NCBI RefSeq assembly: GCF_006345805.1
Contig: NC_043016.1
Span: 8,370,001 to 8,434,000 of the forward strand
DNA length: 64,000 bases
Source of the DNA: Octopus sinensis
Lineage: Eukaryota
Direction: 5' to 3'
The position numbers were made by a program, and so were the translations under genes. Each line of letters starts with the position of its first letter. The stretch's first letter is position 1. The notes beneath the pieces are model-generated. The model was not told the DNA's origin. It did not search any database and saw only the letters and a program-made list of their open reading frames with translations. Below, piece after piece: positions 36,408-50,129 of this stretch.

Positions 36408-36936
36408 TCGTCATCATCATCATCGTTTAACATCCACCTTCCATGCTAGCATGGGTTGGACGATTTTGACTGAGGGCTGGCGAACCAGACGGCTGCACCA
36501 GGCTCCAATCTTGATCTGGTAGAGTTTCTACAGCTGGATGCTTTTCCTAACGCCAACCATGCTTTTTACGTGCCACTGGCATGGGGCCAGTCAGGCGGTA
36601 CTGGCAACAACCTTACTCGAATCTTTATACACATGCTACAAGCACAGGTGCCAGTAAGGTGACATTGATAATGATCACGCTCAAATAGTGGCCTTTTACG
36701 TACCATGGGTACGGAAGCCAGTTGGCTGCTCTGGCAACGATCATGCTCGGATGGTGCTCTTGGCACCCAACTAGCACAGGCACAAGTGCCAGTAAGGCAA
36801 CGCTGGTAACGATCACACTCGAATGGCGCCCTTTTATGTGTCACTGGCACAGAAGCCAGTTAGCTGCTCTGTCAATGATCACCCTCATATGGTGCTCTTT
36901 GCACCCTGCTAGCATGGATGCCAGTCGTCGAATTTG
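36408..36936 (-). mobile_element. Family C element, long copy
   Basis: Conserved tail plus subunit array. Confidence 0.8.
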
Positions 36937-38084
36937 TATGTAAAAATGAGTCTACCCTTACTATGAAATATCTTTAGTTTTAAATTAAGTTTGGCCAGCT
37001 TGACTGGAGATTCTGCTTTGAATGGAGTGATAAACACTAAAATGAAAATTAATTTTTACTGAATATAATGAAAGAAAAAACACAATAAATTATATAATAA
37101 AATATAAATTTCTGGATATTATTGACTTTTCACAGTCTCCATATTTCATTTTAGCTGGTATCCATTGTTGTAAATATTGCTGTTGACTTTAATGACTCTT
37201 ATTTCATTATTTAAACTATATTTTTAACTTCATAATCTACAACATTACTACTAAATTTAATAACTCATGTACAGAACTGAATCAGTTGACTTTATGAAGT
37301 GAAAACTAATTTACAAACAAGAAATCCTATGTCATGTATATTTCCATCAAATAAACATTGGTCAAACAACATTTTTCCAATAAATATAGATGACACACAT
37401 CTCTCACAAGAATATCAAAAGGTTAGTTCTTCATCTCAAGAGATTCAAGCAAATTATACGTGTGTGTATATATAAATATATACATAATAGTAGTGGTGCT
37501 GCTGGACCCTCACCTGTTGTAAACATTAGAGGAAAGCACGGCCGCTTCTTGCTGGACAACTTGTGCAGATGATTTGTTTGTAGTGATCAAATGTTTGTGA
37601 CTGTACAATAACGATGGCTCATTCCTATTTCTTTACTACCCACAAGGGGCTAAACACAGAGGGGACAAACATGGACAGACAGATGGATTAAGTCGGAATT
37701 TGAAACGAAATACGGCTACGCATTTCACCCAGAGTGCTAACATTTCTGCCATCAAACTGACATTACCTGTGCAGGTGCATGGTGCGCCACAGGTCAGATG
37801 ATGAAATGATTGCACAGCAATGTGAAATGAAATGTTTTCCGCAAGAACACATTGGCACTGCCTGGTTTGGGAATTGAAATTATGATCTTGTGATCTTGTG
37901 TACAAGATGTTCTAACCACTAGGTCACATGGTGAACAAACCTCAGCACACACCAACAATTGGTTCCGACTGACTGATCATGATTTGGTTGTAGCTTGGCT
38001 TACAGGCCTAAATAGCTTTGCTTCATATTTTTACATTCTTAAGGGACATTCTCAGGTAAAAGTCACAAACAGCATAAAAATGAA

Positions 38085-38379
38085 ATGGAAATTGTAGTTA
38101 AGACACCTGTGCCAGTGACACATGAAAAAGCACTGTCTGAACATGGCAGATGCCAGCGCCACATGACTGGCATCTGTGTCGGTGACACGTAAAAGTAACA
38201 ACTGATCGTGGCCATTTGCCAGCCTTCTTTGACCCCTGTGCCAGTGGCACATATAAAGCGCCCACTACACTCACAGATCAGACTGGAGCCTGGTGCAGCC
38301 TCCTGGCCTCCCAGACACCGGTCGAACTGTCCAACCCATGCTAGCATGGAAAACGGACGCTAAACGATGATGATGATGA
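38085..38379 (+). mobile_element. Family C element, alternative 5' module
   Basis: aatggaaattgtagtt..cctgtgccag module shared with ~62190, then the conserved tail. Confidence 0.7.
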
Positions 38380-38554
38380 ATACATATAGATATATATATA
38401 AAATACATACACCCATATATAATACATATATATACATACATACACATATATATAATATATATATATACATACATATATATATGTATGTATATGTATATAT
38501 ATATACAATATATATGTATGTATATACATGTATATATATATACATATATATACA

Positions 38555-38586
<32 letters not shown>

Positions 38587-38622
38587 ATATACATACATAT
38601 ATATACATATATATATACATAT
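38380..38622. repeat. TA/CA-rich compound microsatellite
   Basis: Direct reading. Confidence 0.9.
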
Positions 38623-38624
38623 CT

Positions 38625-38900
38625 GGGGCGCAATGGCCCAGTGGTTAGGCAGCGGACTCGTGGTCGCAGGATCGCAGTTTCGACTCCCAGACTGGGCGTT
38701 GTGAGTGTTATTGAGCGAAAACACCTAAAAGCTCCACGAGGCTCCAGCAGGGGTGGTGATCCCTGCTGTACTCTTTCTTCTGTTGGCCTGCTCGCTTAGC
38801 CAGCGGGGTGGCATCATTCGAAGGCTAAAACAATGCCAACGCATTGTGACCAGCGATGTGTAGCAACATCTGATGGTCTGGTCGGTCACGTGATCATGTG
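38625..38900 (+). mobile_element. SINE family E, tail type 2
   Basis: Same tRNA-like head as 22595-22981 but a different 3' half (gcattgtgaccagcgatgtgtagcaacatctgatggtctggtcggtcacgtgatca). Confidence 0.75.
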
Positions 38901-38958
38901 ATATATACATATATATACACACATATATATATATATATACATATATATACACACACAC

Positions 38959-38990
<32 letters not shown>

Positions 38991-39276
38991 ATTTCTCTGT
39001 GCATGTGAGAGGTAGCTATTTGCTGTCTTTACTGTTGCTGGTGCCATGTGAAAAACATTCAGCACATTCTGCAAAGTGGTTGGCATTAGGAAGGGCATCC
39101 AACCCACAGAAACCATACCCAAAGCAGACAGCAAAGCTTGGTGCAGTCTTGTGACTTGCCAATTCCTGTTGAGATGTTCAACTCATGCTAAAATGGGAAA
39201 TAGACGTAAAATTATAATGATGATATGTCTGTGTGTGTGTGCGCGCGCGTGTGTACATATATATATATACACACAC

Positions 39277-39307
<31 letters not shown>

Positions 39308-40379
39308 TATATATATATATACACACACCACATGAAATACATACATGTACATACACGTGTATATGTATATTATATCTTTCCCCAACCCCATGCACACATA
39401 CCTAGTTTTATGGTTTAGTAAGGTGGGGTGTATGTATGTGTGTGTGTGCGTATATATATATAATATATATCTATATATCTATATATAAGTGTGTTGGTGC
39501 GTGTGAGTTTGTGTGTTGGCGTGTGCATATTTATGTGAATATCATAAAGAGGTCTTCAAAATCTCTTTACATATATTTACTGGAATATTACTTATAGATT
39601 TCAAATGCCACAGCTTGAAATAAAGAAACAAATAATAAATAGTAATAAAAGAAAAGAAAAAAAAAAACTGGTAAAAAAAAAGAAGAAAAAAAACCCAGCG
39701 CCAGTGGAGAGGCGGGGGTGGGTGGGGCTTGTAGAATCAATAGAAGTCTAAAGTAATGAACTGATATTTTATAATCTCTCCTTTTTCTCCCTATTCCACT
39801 CTCTCAGTGCATATGTCTGTCTCTCACACACAAACTCGCAGTATGGATCCAAGTTGAGGTGCCAGAAAACTAAATGACTTTCACTCGGAAAAATAGAGAG
39901 AGACAGATAAGTAAACATGTAAAGAGATATATAGAGAAAAAAAAGGATTGCTGCAAGAGGGAGGAGGAGGAGGGAAGAAGACAAAGGAAAAAAAATAGTT
40001 AAAAAAAAAATAAAACGCCTCTCCCCCCCCCCCCCGAATTTGGACAAAAGAAAAAAAATATTGCCAATACATCTCAATAAACAAACAAAAATATGTCTAG
40101 AACAGGCCGATTCTGAAGAAAAAACCAATGGGTTTGTAAGACATCAATTATGAATTGAAATTATATACATTGTATATACACATATAGATACATTATATTG
40201 AGGTACAAAATAAACATTACATAACATCTACACACACATATTTGCATACATATGTTGCAACATATAAGACCCATGCGGAGGATCTCTTTCCCTTCTTGGA
40301 GCCAAGACCTACGTGGTTTAGCTGTTGCACACCTCAAGTGCATCTAACCATACTGGCCACCCACTCTGTCTCTCATATA

Positions 40380-40781
40380 CTCTCTTTTACTTGTTTCAGT
40401 CATTTGACTGTGGCCATGCTGGAGCACCGCCTTTAGTCGAGTAAATTGACCCCCCAGGATTTATTCTTTGTAAGCCTAGTACCTATTCTATCGGTCTCTT
40501 TGGCCGAACCGCTAAGTGACGGGGACGTAAACACACCAGCATCGGTTGTCAAGCGATGTTGAAGGGACAAACGCAGACACAAATGTATACACACACATAC
40601 ATATATACATATATACAACGGGCTTCTTTCAGTTTCCGTCTACCAAATCCACTCACAAGGCTTTGGTCGGCCCGAGGCTACAGTTGAAGACACTTGCCCA
40701 AGGTGCCACGCAGTGGAACTGAACCTGGAACCATGTGGTTCGTAAGCAAACTACTTACCACACAACCACTCCTACGCCTAT
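40380..40781 (-). mobile_element. SINE family A
   Basis: Complete reverse-complement copy. Confidence 0.85.
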
Positions 40782-42869
40782 ATATTATATATATATATCA
40801 CCATTTAACGTCTGTTATCCATGCTGGCAAGGGTTGGACAGTTTGACCAGAGCTGGGAAGCTGCAGTTGATCATAGTCTGACTTGACACGGTTTCTACAG
40901 CTGGAAGCCCTTCCTAATGCCAACCACTTTACAATGGGTGCTTTTACATGGCACTGCCACGAGTGCTTTACACCACCAGTAGAACTGGTCTTAACACTTC
41001 TGCTACAGGGTATGCTATTGCATGAAGGGAGGAAAATGTTTGTCATAAAAACATTGTCATTTATTCCCAGTATCCTGTGAAAATATATCTGGCCATGGGG
41101 AACATATTACCTTTGTAGTGGTGTAGGTAGATATATAGTTGAATGATCTCCCTTGCAAGAAAGAACAGAGTAACCTCCCATTTTTAAGTTTCTCGAAGCA
41201 TCTGTGTCATGAGACTTGATTCTTAATTATTCAAGAAGCTTAGTGTTTCTCATGGAAGTTTCTAGAATGTCCAGCTTTCCATTAATAAAAACCGCTTGCT
41301 TACTCAACTTTTTGCTTCTTAGTCGATTAGATTTAGAGCCAATCACGTCATTGCTATATCCGTCTATTTCTCTATGCCACATGACTGAAAAGCACCACAT
41401 AGCTGTTATTTCTACATTTTCTATCTCTGAACTTTTTTGCATAGATTACTTCTTTCAACTAGATTCTACATTTTGATTCCATGTATTGTCACCGATAAAA
41501 GAAATAAAATATATTTTTATGTAGTAAATATATAGGTCTTGAATTCATTCTTTCATCTCTGTATGAACATACATGCAGCCACATCAACACCTTGTACTGA
41601 CTATACATTCCACTACCCCTTGCTTGGAAAAAGGTGAGGGTTGGGAACAGGATGGGCCTGGTCGTAGAAAAAATCTGCTTCAATAAAACCTATCTAATCC
41701 ATGCAATATTGGAAATGTGGATATTATGATGATGATGATGACAATGCTTATGATGTGTGTGTGTGTGTGCATGTGCATGCATGTATGTGTCTTTTGCCAA
41801 TGTATATTGGCAAAGGATGTAAATGTCATAAAGAAACACACACACACACACACACAATAAAAAGAAACCCTGGCATTTTTCAAATGAAAATTGTTTGTGA
41901 GAACAAAGTCCTTTTGCAACAAGTTAGAGAGAGACACTCCCTTGTCACTGTTGTTACTTCAAGAAATGCAGTCATTGGCTTGCTGAGAGGGAACATGTAG
42001 GTAATGGCACTACTGTTCACCAACTGCAATATGAAATCAAATCACAGAGTGGGGAAGGCAGTTGGTCTTCCTAAATACATTGCCTGAATAAATAAAAGAT
42101 GCACGACGGAGCTTGAAAAATAACTTTAATCATCATGTCTGCTCAATCAGTTAAAAAACAACAACCACAAATAGTAATAATCATAATAATGATAACAATA
42201 AGGCAGCAAACTAGCAGAACCGTTAAGCACGCTGGGCAAAATGCGTAGCCGTATTTCGTCTGCCGTTACATTCTGAGTTCAAATTCCGTCGAGGTCGACT
42301 GTGCCTTTCATCCTTTCGGGGTCGATGGAATCGACTTAATCCCTTTGTCTGTCCTTGTATATATATGATGGGCTTATATATATATATGATGGGCTTCTTT
42401 CAGTTTCCGTTGACCAAATCCACTCTCAAGGCTTTGGTTGGCTCTTAGCTATATTAGAAGACACTTGCTCAAGGTACCACACAGTAGGACTGAAATCAGA
42501 AGCATGTGGTTGAGAAGCAAGCATCTTACCACACACACATACATACATACATATATCCTTTAAAGGTGTTTCAGTCATTTGACTGGGATCAAGCTGGGGC
42601 ACTGCTTTGAAGAGTTTAGTAGAGCAAATCCCCTCTCCACTCACGGTACTTATTTTAAATCTGTTACCGATTCTATCAGTGTCTTTCATGAAACTGCTGA
42701 GTTACAGACACGTAAACACATCAACACCAGTTGGCAGAGAACAAACAAGACACACAAACACAAATATGCACACACATATATTCCATCTCTGGCCCTGAAT
42801 TGGTGAATTACTTCACCTTTCACTTTAAAAGGAAAATAGGGCTAGAGAGAAAATGCCTGACTGTGAAAA

Positions 42870-43165
42870 TGTTTGAAGACCGATGGAAGAATGTAGCATG
42901 GATGTTGCGTGTGGATGGAACCTCATTAATGCGACACAGGATGTAACTCAGGTATCAGTGGCAAGGCAGGGCTCGTGGGGTCCGAATTAAACCGGCCCCC
43001 ACCACTCCAGCCATAATGTCTTCCGGTCTGTCCTACCATTCGATTTTATTATATTTTCTTATTTTTGTAAAATTTTTAATGTCTTCTTTTTTGTATAATC
43101 ATTCGCTCATCTGACCCCAAAATCAGATTGTGTTGTCCCCTCTTTGTTGGCCCCTTGTGGGTAAA
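42870..43165 (+). mobile_element. Possible LINE 3' UTR sharing the SINE B tail
   Basis: Non-SINE GC-richer sequence ending tgttgtcccctctttgttggccccttgtgggtaaaa, similar to the B tail tttgtcccctctatgtttagccccttgtggg. Confidence 0.4.
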
Positions 43166-44280
43166 AAAAAAAAATCAATATTCACACACAACGAGTACCC
43201 CCACAGTATCTGCCTACCAAATCCACTCACAAGGCATTAGTCAGTTTCCCTATGGTGCCATGCAATGGGACTGAACCTGAAACTATGTGGTTGCCAAGGA
43301 AGCTTCTTAACCACTATGACTGTGCCTGTACATACATACATACACACACACACACACGATGTACATATGTATGAATGAATGTATTAATGTATGTATATTG
43401 ATTGAGGAGAGAGGAGAAAATAAAAATGTCATCCAAGAATGGCCAGGGTTAATGACCTTCTCCCAAAATGGTAATGCTAGATTTACTGTTTATGGTGGAA
43501 CTATGTCCCCAATGAGTAACCAAATTTCTGTCATTCTTTAGCTAGTTTGCATGGTTGGTAAGCAGTTTAAAAAAGAAAAGTATAAAAGAATCATATGACC
43601 CTAAAAATAAATATATAAATAAAATGTTTAGCTACACGGGTGTCTTGAATGATTCCCATCGTTTGCACCTCCCCGCCCATAAAAATATAAAATCTTGGTA
43701 CATAGGAACCAATTTAATCAATATACCTGTCACCTTTTTAAAGTCTTTCCTTTTTATTATTTTTGAAATATTTTATTTTATTTTATTTTTATTTACTTTT
43801 GCAAGAATTGTCTTGGGGGTTACTGCAATTATGAAATTTCTTGGCAACTTTGATTTATGGAACCATTAACTATTAGAATGATCTTATACCAAAGAGATGG
43901 CTTTTATTTACTTTATTTTTTTTTTCATTCATATGAAATTAAATAAATAAATCAATAAAAAAGAACATAAAAAGCAAATTTTTGGCATGATTTAACCAAT
44001 CTATTAGATATCTTTTTAATGTTACTTCAATGCAAATGACAAGCACCACAGAGTAAAACTACTAGCAAACAGCCATCAATGTGATGGCAGTTCTTGATCT
44101 ACCATAAACAGCAGCAAAATATCTCGCAAAGCACACCCCATTGTCTAAACAGAAAATCTCATTGGGTAACGTAGTCTTAGGAAAAACACAAGATGGACAT
44201 GGTGAGAGTACTTTTTTATTTATCATAGGTCTGCTCACTAGGGCTAACATGATACCAAAAACAAAAATGACAGCAATACC

Positions 44281-44513
44281 TATTTCTTTACTACCCACAA
44301 GGGGCTAAACACAGAGAGGACAAACAAGGACAGACAAATGGATTAAGTCGATTATATCGACCCCAGTGCGTAACTGGTACTTATTTAATTGACCCCGAAA
44401 GGATGAAAGGCAAAGTCGACCTCGGCGGAATTTGAACTCAGAACATAGTGGCAGATGAAATACTATTTAGCATTTCACCCGGCGTGCAAACATTTTTGCC
44501 AACTCGCCGCCTT
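44281..44513 (-). mobile_element. SINE family B monomer
   Basis: TSD atgacagcaatacc / atgacagcaacacc. Confidence 0.85.
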
Positions 44514-45021
44514 ATGACAGCAACACCATATGTATTTGAGACCATTTCTTTTCACTCATGCTGCCAACATCTTAGAGAAAGAAACACTAATCTAAGTAAG
44601 ACTTTGAGTTCTCAGTTACCTGGCATAAAGCCACCTCCCTCAAGACCACTCCCCCGTTCCTGCCACTCAGTCGAGAGGTCTACTCTTGCAATTTACTTGA
44701 TTGACCTCACCAGTGCTAGTGTCATGTAAAGAGAGCACTTAGAATACTCTGTAACATGAATGACATTAGGAAAGTATCCAGCCACAGAAACTATGCTAAA
44801 GCAGATATTTGGACACAATGAAGTTGTCAAGAATACAACACATCACCTAGTTCAGGAATCAGACCCACAATCTGGCAACTGTGAGTGCCACACCCTAACA
44901 ACTAAGCCACAAACATTTACTTGACACTGATATCTCTTAATTCACCACCAGGGTCTTCATTTAACAGTAGTTCTACATCATATTACTACTATTTGATATT
45001 AGTAATAATAGTACTACATTT

Positions 45022-45630
45022 ACGCTGTGCTTGAGAAGACTTGGCAAGCCCAAGTGAGACCATAACGTCGTGGCCTATGCCAGGGGTGTAACCAGCCCAC
45101 TTATGTGTACCTTTCCCTCATTGGACACTAAACTCTGCTTGCGAAGACCTGTTGAGGCAAGTGAAATTGAAATTGAAATCAAATTCGATGACTGGTATCC
45201 GTGCTAGTGGAGCACTAAAAGTACCATACGAGCATGATCGTTGCCAGAGTAACAAGCTGGCCTCCATGCCATGGCATGTAAAAAGCACCATTCGAGCGTG
45301 ATCGTTACCTGCATCACCTCACTGGCACGTGAAAAAACATTCGAGCGAGGTCGTTGCCAGTGCCGCTGGACTGGCTCCTGTGCAGGTGGCATGTAAAAAA
45401 CACCATTTGAGTGTGGCCGTTACCAGTACCGCCTGACTGGCCCTCGTGCTGGCGGCACGTAAAAGCACCCATTACACTCTCAGAGTGGTTGGCGTTAGGA
45501 AGGGCATCAAGCTGTAGAAACTTTGCCAGATCAGATTGGAGTCTGGTGCAGCCATCTGGTTTGCCAGCTCTCAGTCAAATTGTCCAACCCATGCTAGCAT
45601 GGAAAGCGGACGTTAAACGATGATGATGAT
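45022..45630 (+). mobile_element. Family C element, longest copy
   Basis: 5' module, subunit array, conserved tail and (GAT)n. No coding ORF. Confidence 0.8.
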
Positions 45631-45778
45631 TTCACTGTACTATTGCTATTACAAATTACTAAAACTGAAAGCTGGATCTTTGCATTAACTAGATTCATAA
45701 TAAATGTTGCCTTTCTGTCACCACAATAATGTTGAAATACACTTCGTTTTAATTCATTTTGAAAATAATTTTTTTTTT

Positions 45779-46099
45779 GTGACCCCCTTCGGTCATGACT
45801 GACCGTGGTATTGCACCTACAAAGTTACCCTCCCAGGCACAAGTCTGGGCAAGGTTGTTTATGGAAGATCAGCACTCACCCATGCATACCGGCCTCCACA
45901 CCACCAGTGTTATCTAAGGGAAAGGCAAAAGCCGACACAGCTTGGCACCTGTGACATCGCAACTCATTTGTACAGCTGAGTGAACTGGAGCAACGTGAAA
46001 TAAAGTGTCTTGCTCAAGAACACAACATGCAGCCCGGTCCGGGATTCGAACTCATAACCTCATGATTGTAAACTCGACGCTCTAACCACTGAGCCATGC
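45779..46099 (-). mobile_element. SINE family D nested in a piggyBac-like MITE
   Basis: Family D consensus. The downstream flank matches the right half of the 29772-29991 MITE. Confidence 0.75.
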
Positions 46100-47033
46100 T
46101 CATTATGAATTTAGTAAAGTAACTTCGTCATTATTCAAATTGTATTTAGTATATAAATTAACTTGAAATTTTGGAGGAAAGCTTCAATTTAGATAGTTTT
46201 AAAAGAGGGATATTTGTATTATAAACCTAGGGCACAGTTTCAGGCAGGTTAGTACAAAAAGAGTTAACTCAATGCAGATTTTCTATAACTGCTGAGAAAG
46301 ATCAAACCGCAGAAACCCACCCCCACTTTTTTTATTTCACTGTACAGTAGAAATGACATATTTTTTTAATTCTGTGAATGAGAGATATTAACTAACTCAA
46401 CCAACTCACTCATAAGATCTTTTTTGCAGATATAGAAACTTGATGCAACTGAGAAAAACACTTTTTATTCTTGCTTTCTTTTATTTAAATAGTTAATGTT
46501 CTTTGATCAATCTTTTGGCATCATTTAATTTCCATTTATAAACAACCGTTACAGGTTTACCTTGGTACTAAGAATAGAACACTGGCCTACAGAGTACATG
46601 TTCATAAGCTGTTTCCTGTGTATAAAGTAAATATACCAGCAATAAACCTTTTTGTGTCCAGATTTCTGAATTTCCGATGAAACTGCTATTTTAGATAATT
46701 CAAAAAAAAAAAAAAAAAAGAAGTAAAACAGAATTTTCCCACTGATTAGTATATTACACTTTGGTGTTTGAAACAACACCACTTAACAAAAGATTCTTAC
46801 TAAAAAAAAAAAAAAAGAACATCTTAAAGCAGGTAGTTAGTTTCTGTCTCAGGGGGAAATGGTTTCAAAAGGTTCTTTCTTTCCTTCTTTTTCTTTTTTT
46901 TAAATCAAGGAAACTAAACCACAAACTGGCTGAATGACACTGCTGCTGCTACTACATAACTCACGATTATAAACAACACAGCTATTACAACCAGAGTGGT
47001 AAGATGTACATGGTTGTATATGTACATCTTACA

Positions 47034-47435
47034 AAGGCAGAAACGTTAGCATGCTGGGCGAAATCCTTAGCAGTATTTCATCTACTGCAATGTTCTGAGT
47101 TCAAATTCCACCGAAGTCGACTTTGCCTTTCATCCTTACGGGGTCGAATAAGTACCAGTTACGCACTGGGGTCGATCTAATCGACTTAATCCGTGTGTCT
47201 GTCCTTGTTTGTCCCCTCTGTGTTTAGTCCCTTGCGGGTAGTAAAGAAATAGGTATTTCATCTACTGCTATGTTCTGAGTTCAAATTCCGCCGAGGTCGA
47301 CTTTGCTTTTCATACTTTCAGGATCGATAAATTAAGTACCAGTTTCGCACTGGGGTCGATGTAATCAACTTAATCCGTTTGTCTGTCCTTGTTTGTCCCC
47401 TCTGTATGTAGTCCCCCTTGTGGGTAGTAAAGAAA
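47034..47435 (+). mobile_element. SINE family B dimer
   Basis: Junction gaaata|ggtatttc at 47251/47252, with a 16-bp TSD aagatgtacatggttg at 47001-47016 and 47434-47449. Confidence 0.85.
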
Positions 47436-47732
47436 GATGTACATGGTTGGGTGCTGTGCAAGAAATAGCAAATAAATCTCTCTGTAATCACACCCCATCT
47501 TATTTAAATATAAAAAGAAAAGAAAGGAAATGTAACTGACATTGGACAACATAATTCTGCTTTTGAATGAAAATACACGACCACAACTGGAATACTTTTA
47601 AAGATTTTGTCTGTTCAAGCAATGCTGACCTGGGGGCTAAACAACAACTACCACTTCTACTACAACCAGTACTACTACACTTGTAGACCAATTAACTGCA
47701 CAGTGGCTCTCTCATTAGAGTGCTTTTTTTTG

Positions 47733-48192
47733 TAAGTCAAAATCAAACTCGGTGACTGGCATCTGTTGCTAGTGGAGCGCTAAGAGTACCATACCAGTGA
47801 GATCATTGCCAGAGCAACAAGCTGGCCTTCGTACCAATGGCATGTTAAGCACACCATTCGACCGAAATTGTTACCGTGTTGCCTTACTAGCACTTGTGCA
47901 GGTGGCATGTGGAATATTCGAGTGAGGCCGTCTCCAGTGCTGCTGGACTGGCTCCTGTGCAGGTGGCACATAAAAAGCACCATTTGGGCGTGGCCGTTGC
48001 CAGTTCCACCAAACTGGCCCTTGTGTGGGTGGCACATAAAAGCACCCACTATGCTCTCAGAGTGGTTGGTGTTAGGAAGGGCATCCAACTGTAGAAACTC
48101 TGCCAGATCAGATTGGAGTCTGGTTCACCAGACCTCAGTCAAATCGTCCAACCCATGCTAGCATAGAAATCGGATGTTAAATGATGATGATG
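47733..48192 (+). mobile_element. Family C element
   Basis: Subunit array and tail. Confidence 0.8.
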
Positions 48193-48289
48193 TGTAACCT
48201 TCAGATCAAAAGAGTTATCCTATCCTTTGTCATGCAGGTAGTTAACTGAATGATGAGGTCATCCAGACACAAGTGGGAAATACTGCTTC

Positions 48290-48720
48290 TAAATTTTGGT
48301 ACAAGGTCACCAATTTCAGCGGAAGGGGTAAGTTGATTACACTGACTGCACCCCCAACCGCAGTACTTATTTTATTGACCCTGAAAGAATGAAAGGCTAA
48401 GTCGACTTTAGTGAAATTTGAACTCAGAATGCAAAGACAGATAAAATACCTATTTCTTTACTACCCACAAGGGGCTAAACATAGAGGGGACAAACAAGGA
48501 CAGATATAGCTATTAAGTCGATTACATCGACCTCAGTGCATAACTGGTACTTATTGAATTGACCCCGAAAGGATGAAAGGTAAAGTCAACCTCGGCGGAA
48601 TTTGAACTCAGAACGTAGCGGCAGACGAAATACCGCTAAGCACTTCGCTCGGCGTGCTAACGATTCTGCCACTAAGTATTTTACCTGGCATGCTAATGAT
48701 CCTGCCAGCTTGCTGCCTTA
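48290..48720 (-). mobile_element. Young SINE B (48451-48670) nested inside an older B' copy
   Basis: Older body ends aaaatacc at 48450 and resumes actaagtatttt at 48671, so two heads lie in series. Confidence 0.8.
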
Positions 48721-49128
48721 GAAGTGAGAAATAGTGCTGTGTGTTGAATACAGATAGTTCTATTGGCATTCTAGCCATGACCATCTATTCTTATTACCTA
48801 TTGTATCATATTCAGTGTTAATATACCTGCATTGTTAGTAATGGCGACAAATATGTTTGTCGTACTGAAATGTATTGAAAATGAAGTAAAGCTAAATCAT
48901 ATAAAACCACATCTATTTTTAAATACATATATTTATATGCTGAAACAGACTAGACTTCGCATTGAGCAATTCTGAAAAACAAATACGTCCCACACCCCAA
49001 AAAAACCTTTTTCGGTTCAATATTTTTCCTTTAATAGAACACAAATTAGCCTACTGCACACAAACGATCACAAATTAATGCTGAGCAGGCAGAGACTTTG
49101 CCAGTACTACTCTCTCTCTCTCTCTCTC

Positions 49129-49314
49129 TCTTTTACTTGTTTCAGTCATTTGACTGCGGCCATGCTGGAGCACCACCTTTAGTCGACAAATCGACCCCGG
49201 GACTTATTCTTTGTAAGCCCAGTACTTATTCTATCGGTCTCTTTTGCCGAACCGCTAAGTGACGGGGACGTAAACACACCAGCATCGGTTGTCAAGCAAT
49301 GCTAGGGGGGACAA

Positions 49315-49345
<31 letters not shown>

Positions 49346-49518
49346 CACATATATACGATAGGATTCTTTCAGTTTCCGTCTACCAAATCCACTCACAAGG
49401 CATTGGTCGGCCCGAGGCTATAGCAGAAGACACTTGCCCAAGGTGCCACGCAGTGGGACTGAACCCAGAACCATGTGGTTGGTTAGCAAGCTACTTACCA
49501 CACAGCCACTCCTGCACT
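49129..49518 (-). mobile_element. SINE family A, close to consensus
   Basis: Complete reverse-complement copy. Confidence 0.85.
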
Positions 49519-50129
49519 ATTTAATTTAATTTAATAACTCTTCCATTAACTAAAGTCTTTAATCAAAATTTTGTGCCAAACACACACACACACACACACA
49601 CAAAAAAAAAATCTTTGTATGATTTTTAAAGCAGAGAATTAGCAGAATCATTAGACCATTGGATAGAATGCCTTGTAGTTGTTAGTATTTGTTCTGACTC
49701 ACTACCTTGTGAATTCAAATCCCGCCAAACTCAACTTTGCCTTTCAACCTTTATGGAACGGTAAACAAAGTAGTAGACGAAGGGCAGCGAAATATCAGAA
49801 CTGTTAATGTTGAAAGAAACGCATTGTAGTGTCTGTTCTCGTTCTGTATTCTCTGAGTTCAATTCCTACCTCTTCTTACCATTTCCGGTGACACTCCTGT
49901 CATGGGTTAACAACTTGACTAAGAGTAAGAAAACTCTTTGTAATGAAACGTACCCCCCAACAGCGAGAGATATGTGAGAGGTGTGTTGCCTAATAAAATC
50001 TGCGCACGAAATGACAATCAATTGGATAATAGCTGGAGAGCACTTTCATACATTATGTACAGTTTGCAAACAAGCAATTAAAATGAAATATTTTCCGTTT
50101 AGTTTCAAAATATTCTACTTTGGTTTCAA

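Noticed and set aside
38271-39418. Many long Y/I/C/V/H/T-rich ORFs (also 18568-18851 and 50207-51390)
   Set aside because: They are translations of TA/CA/TG microsatellites.
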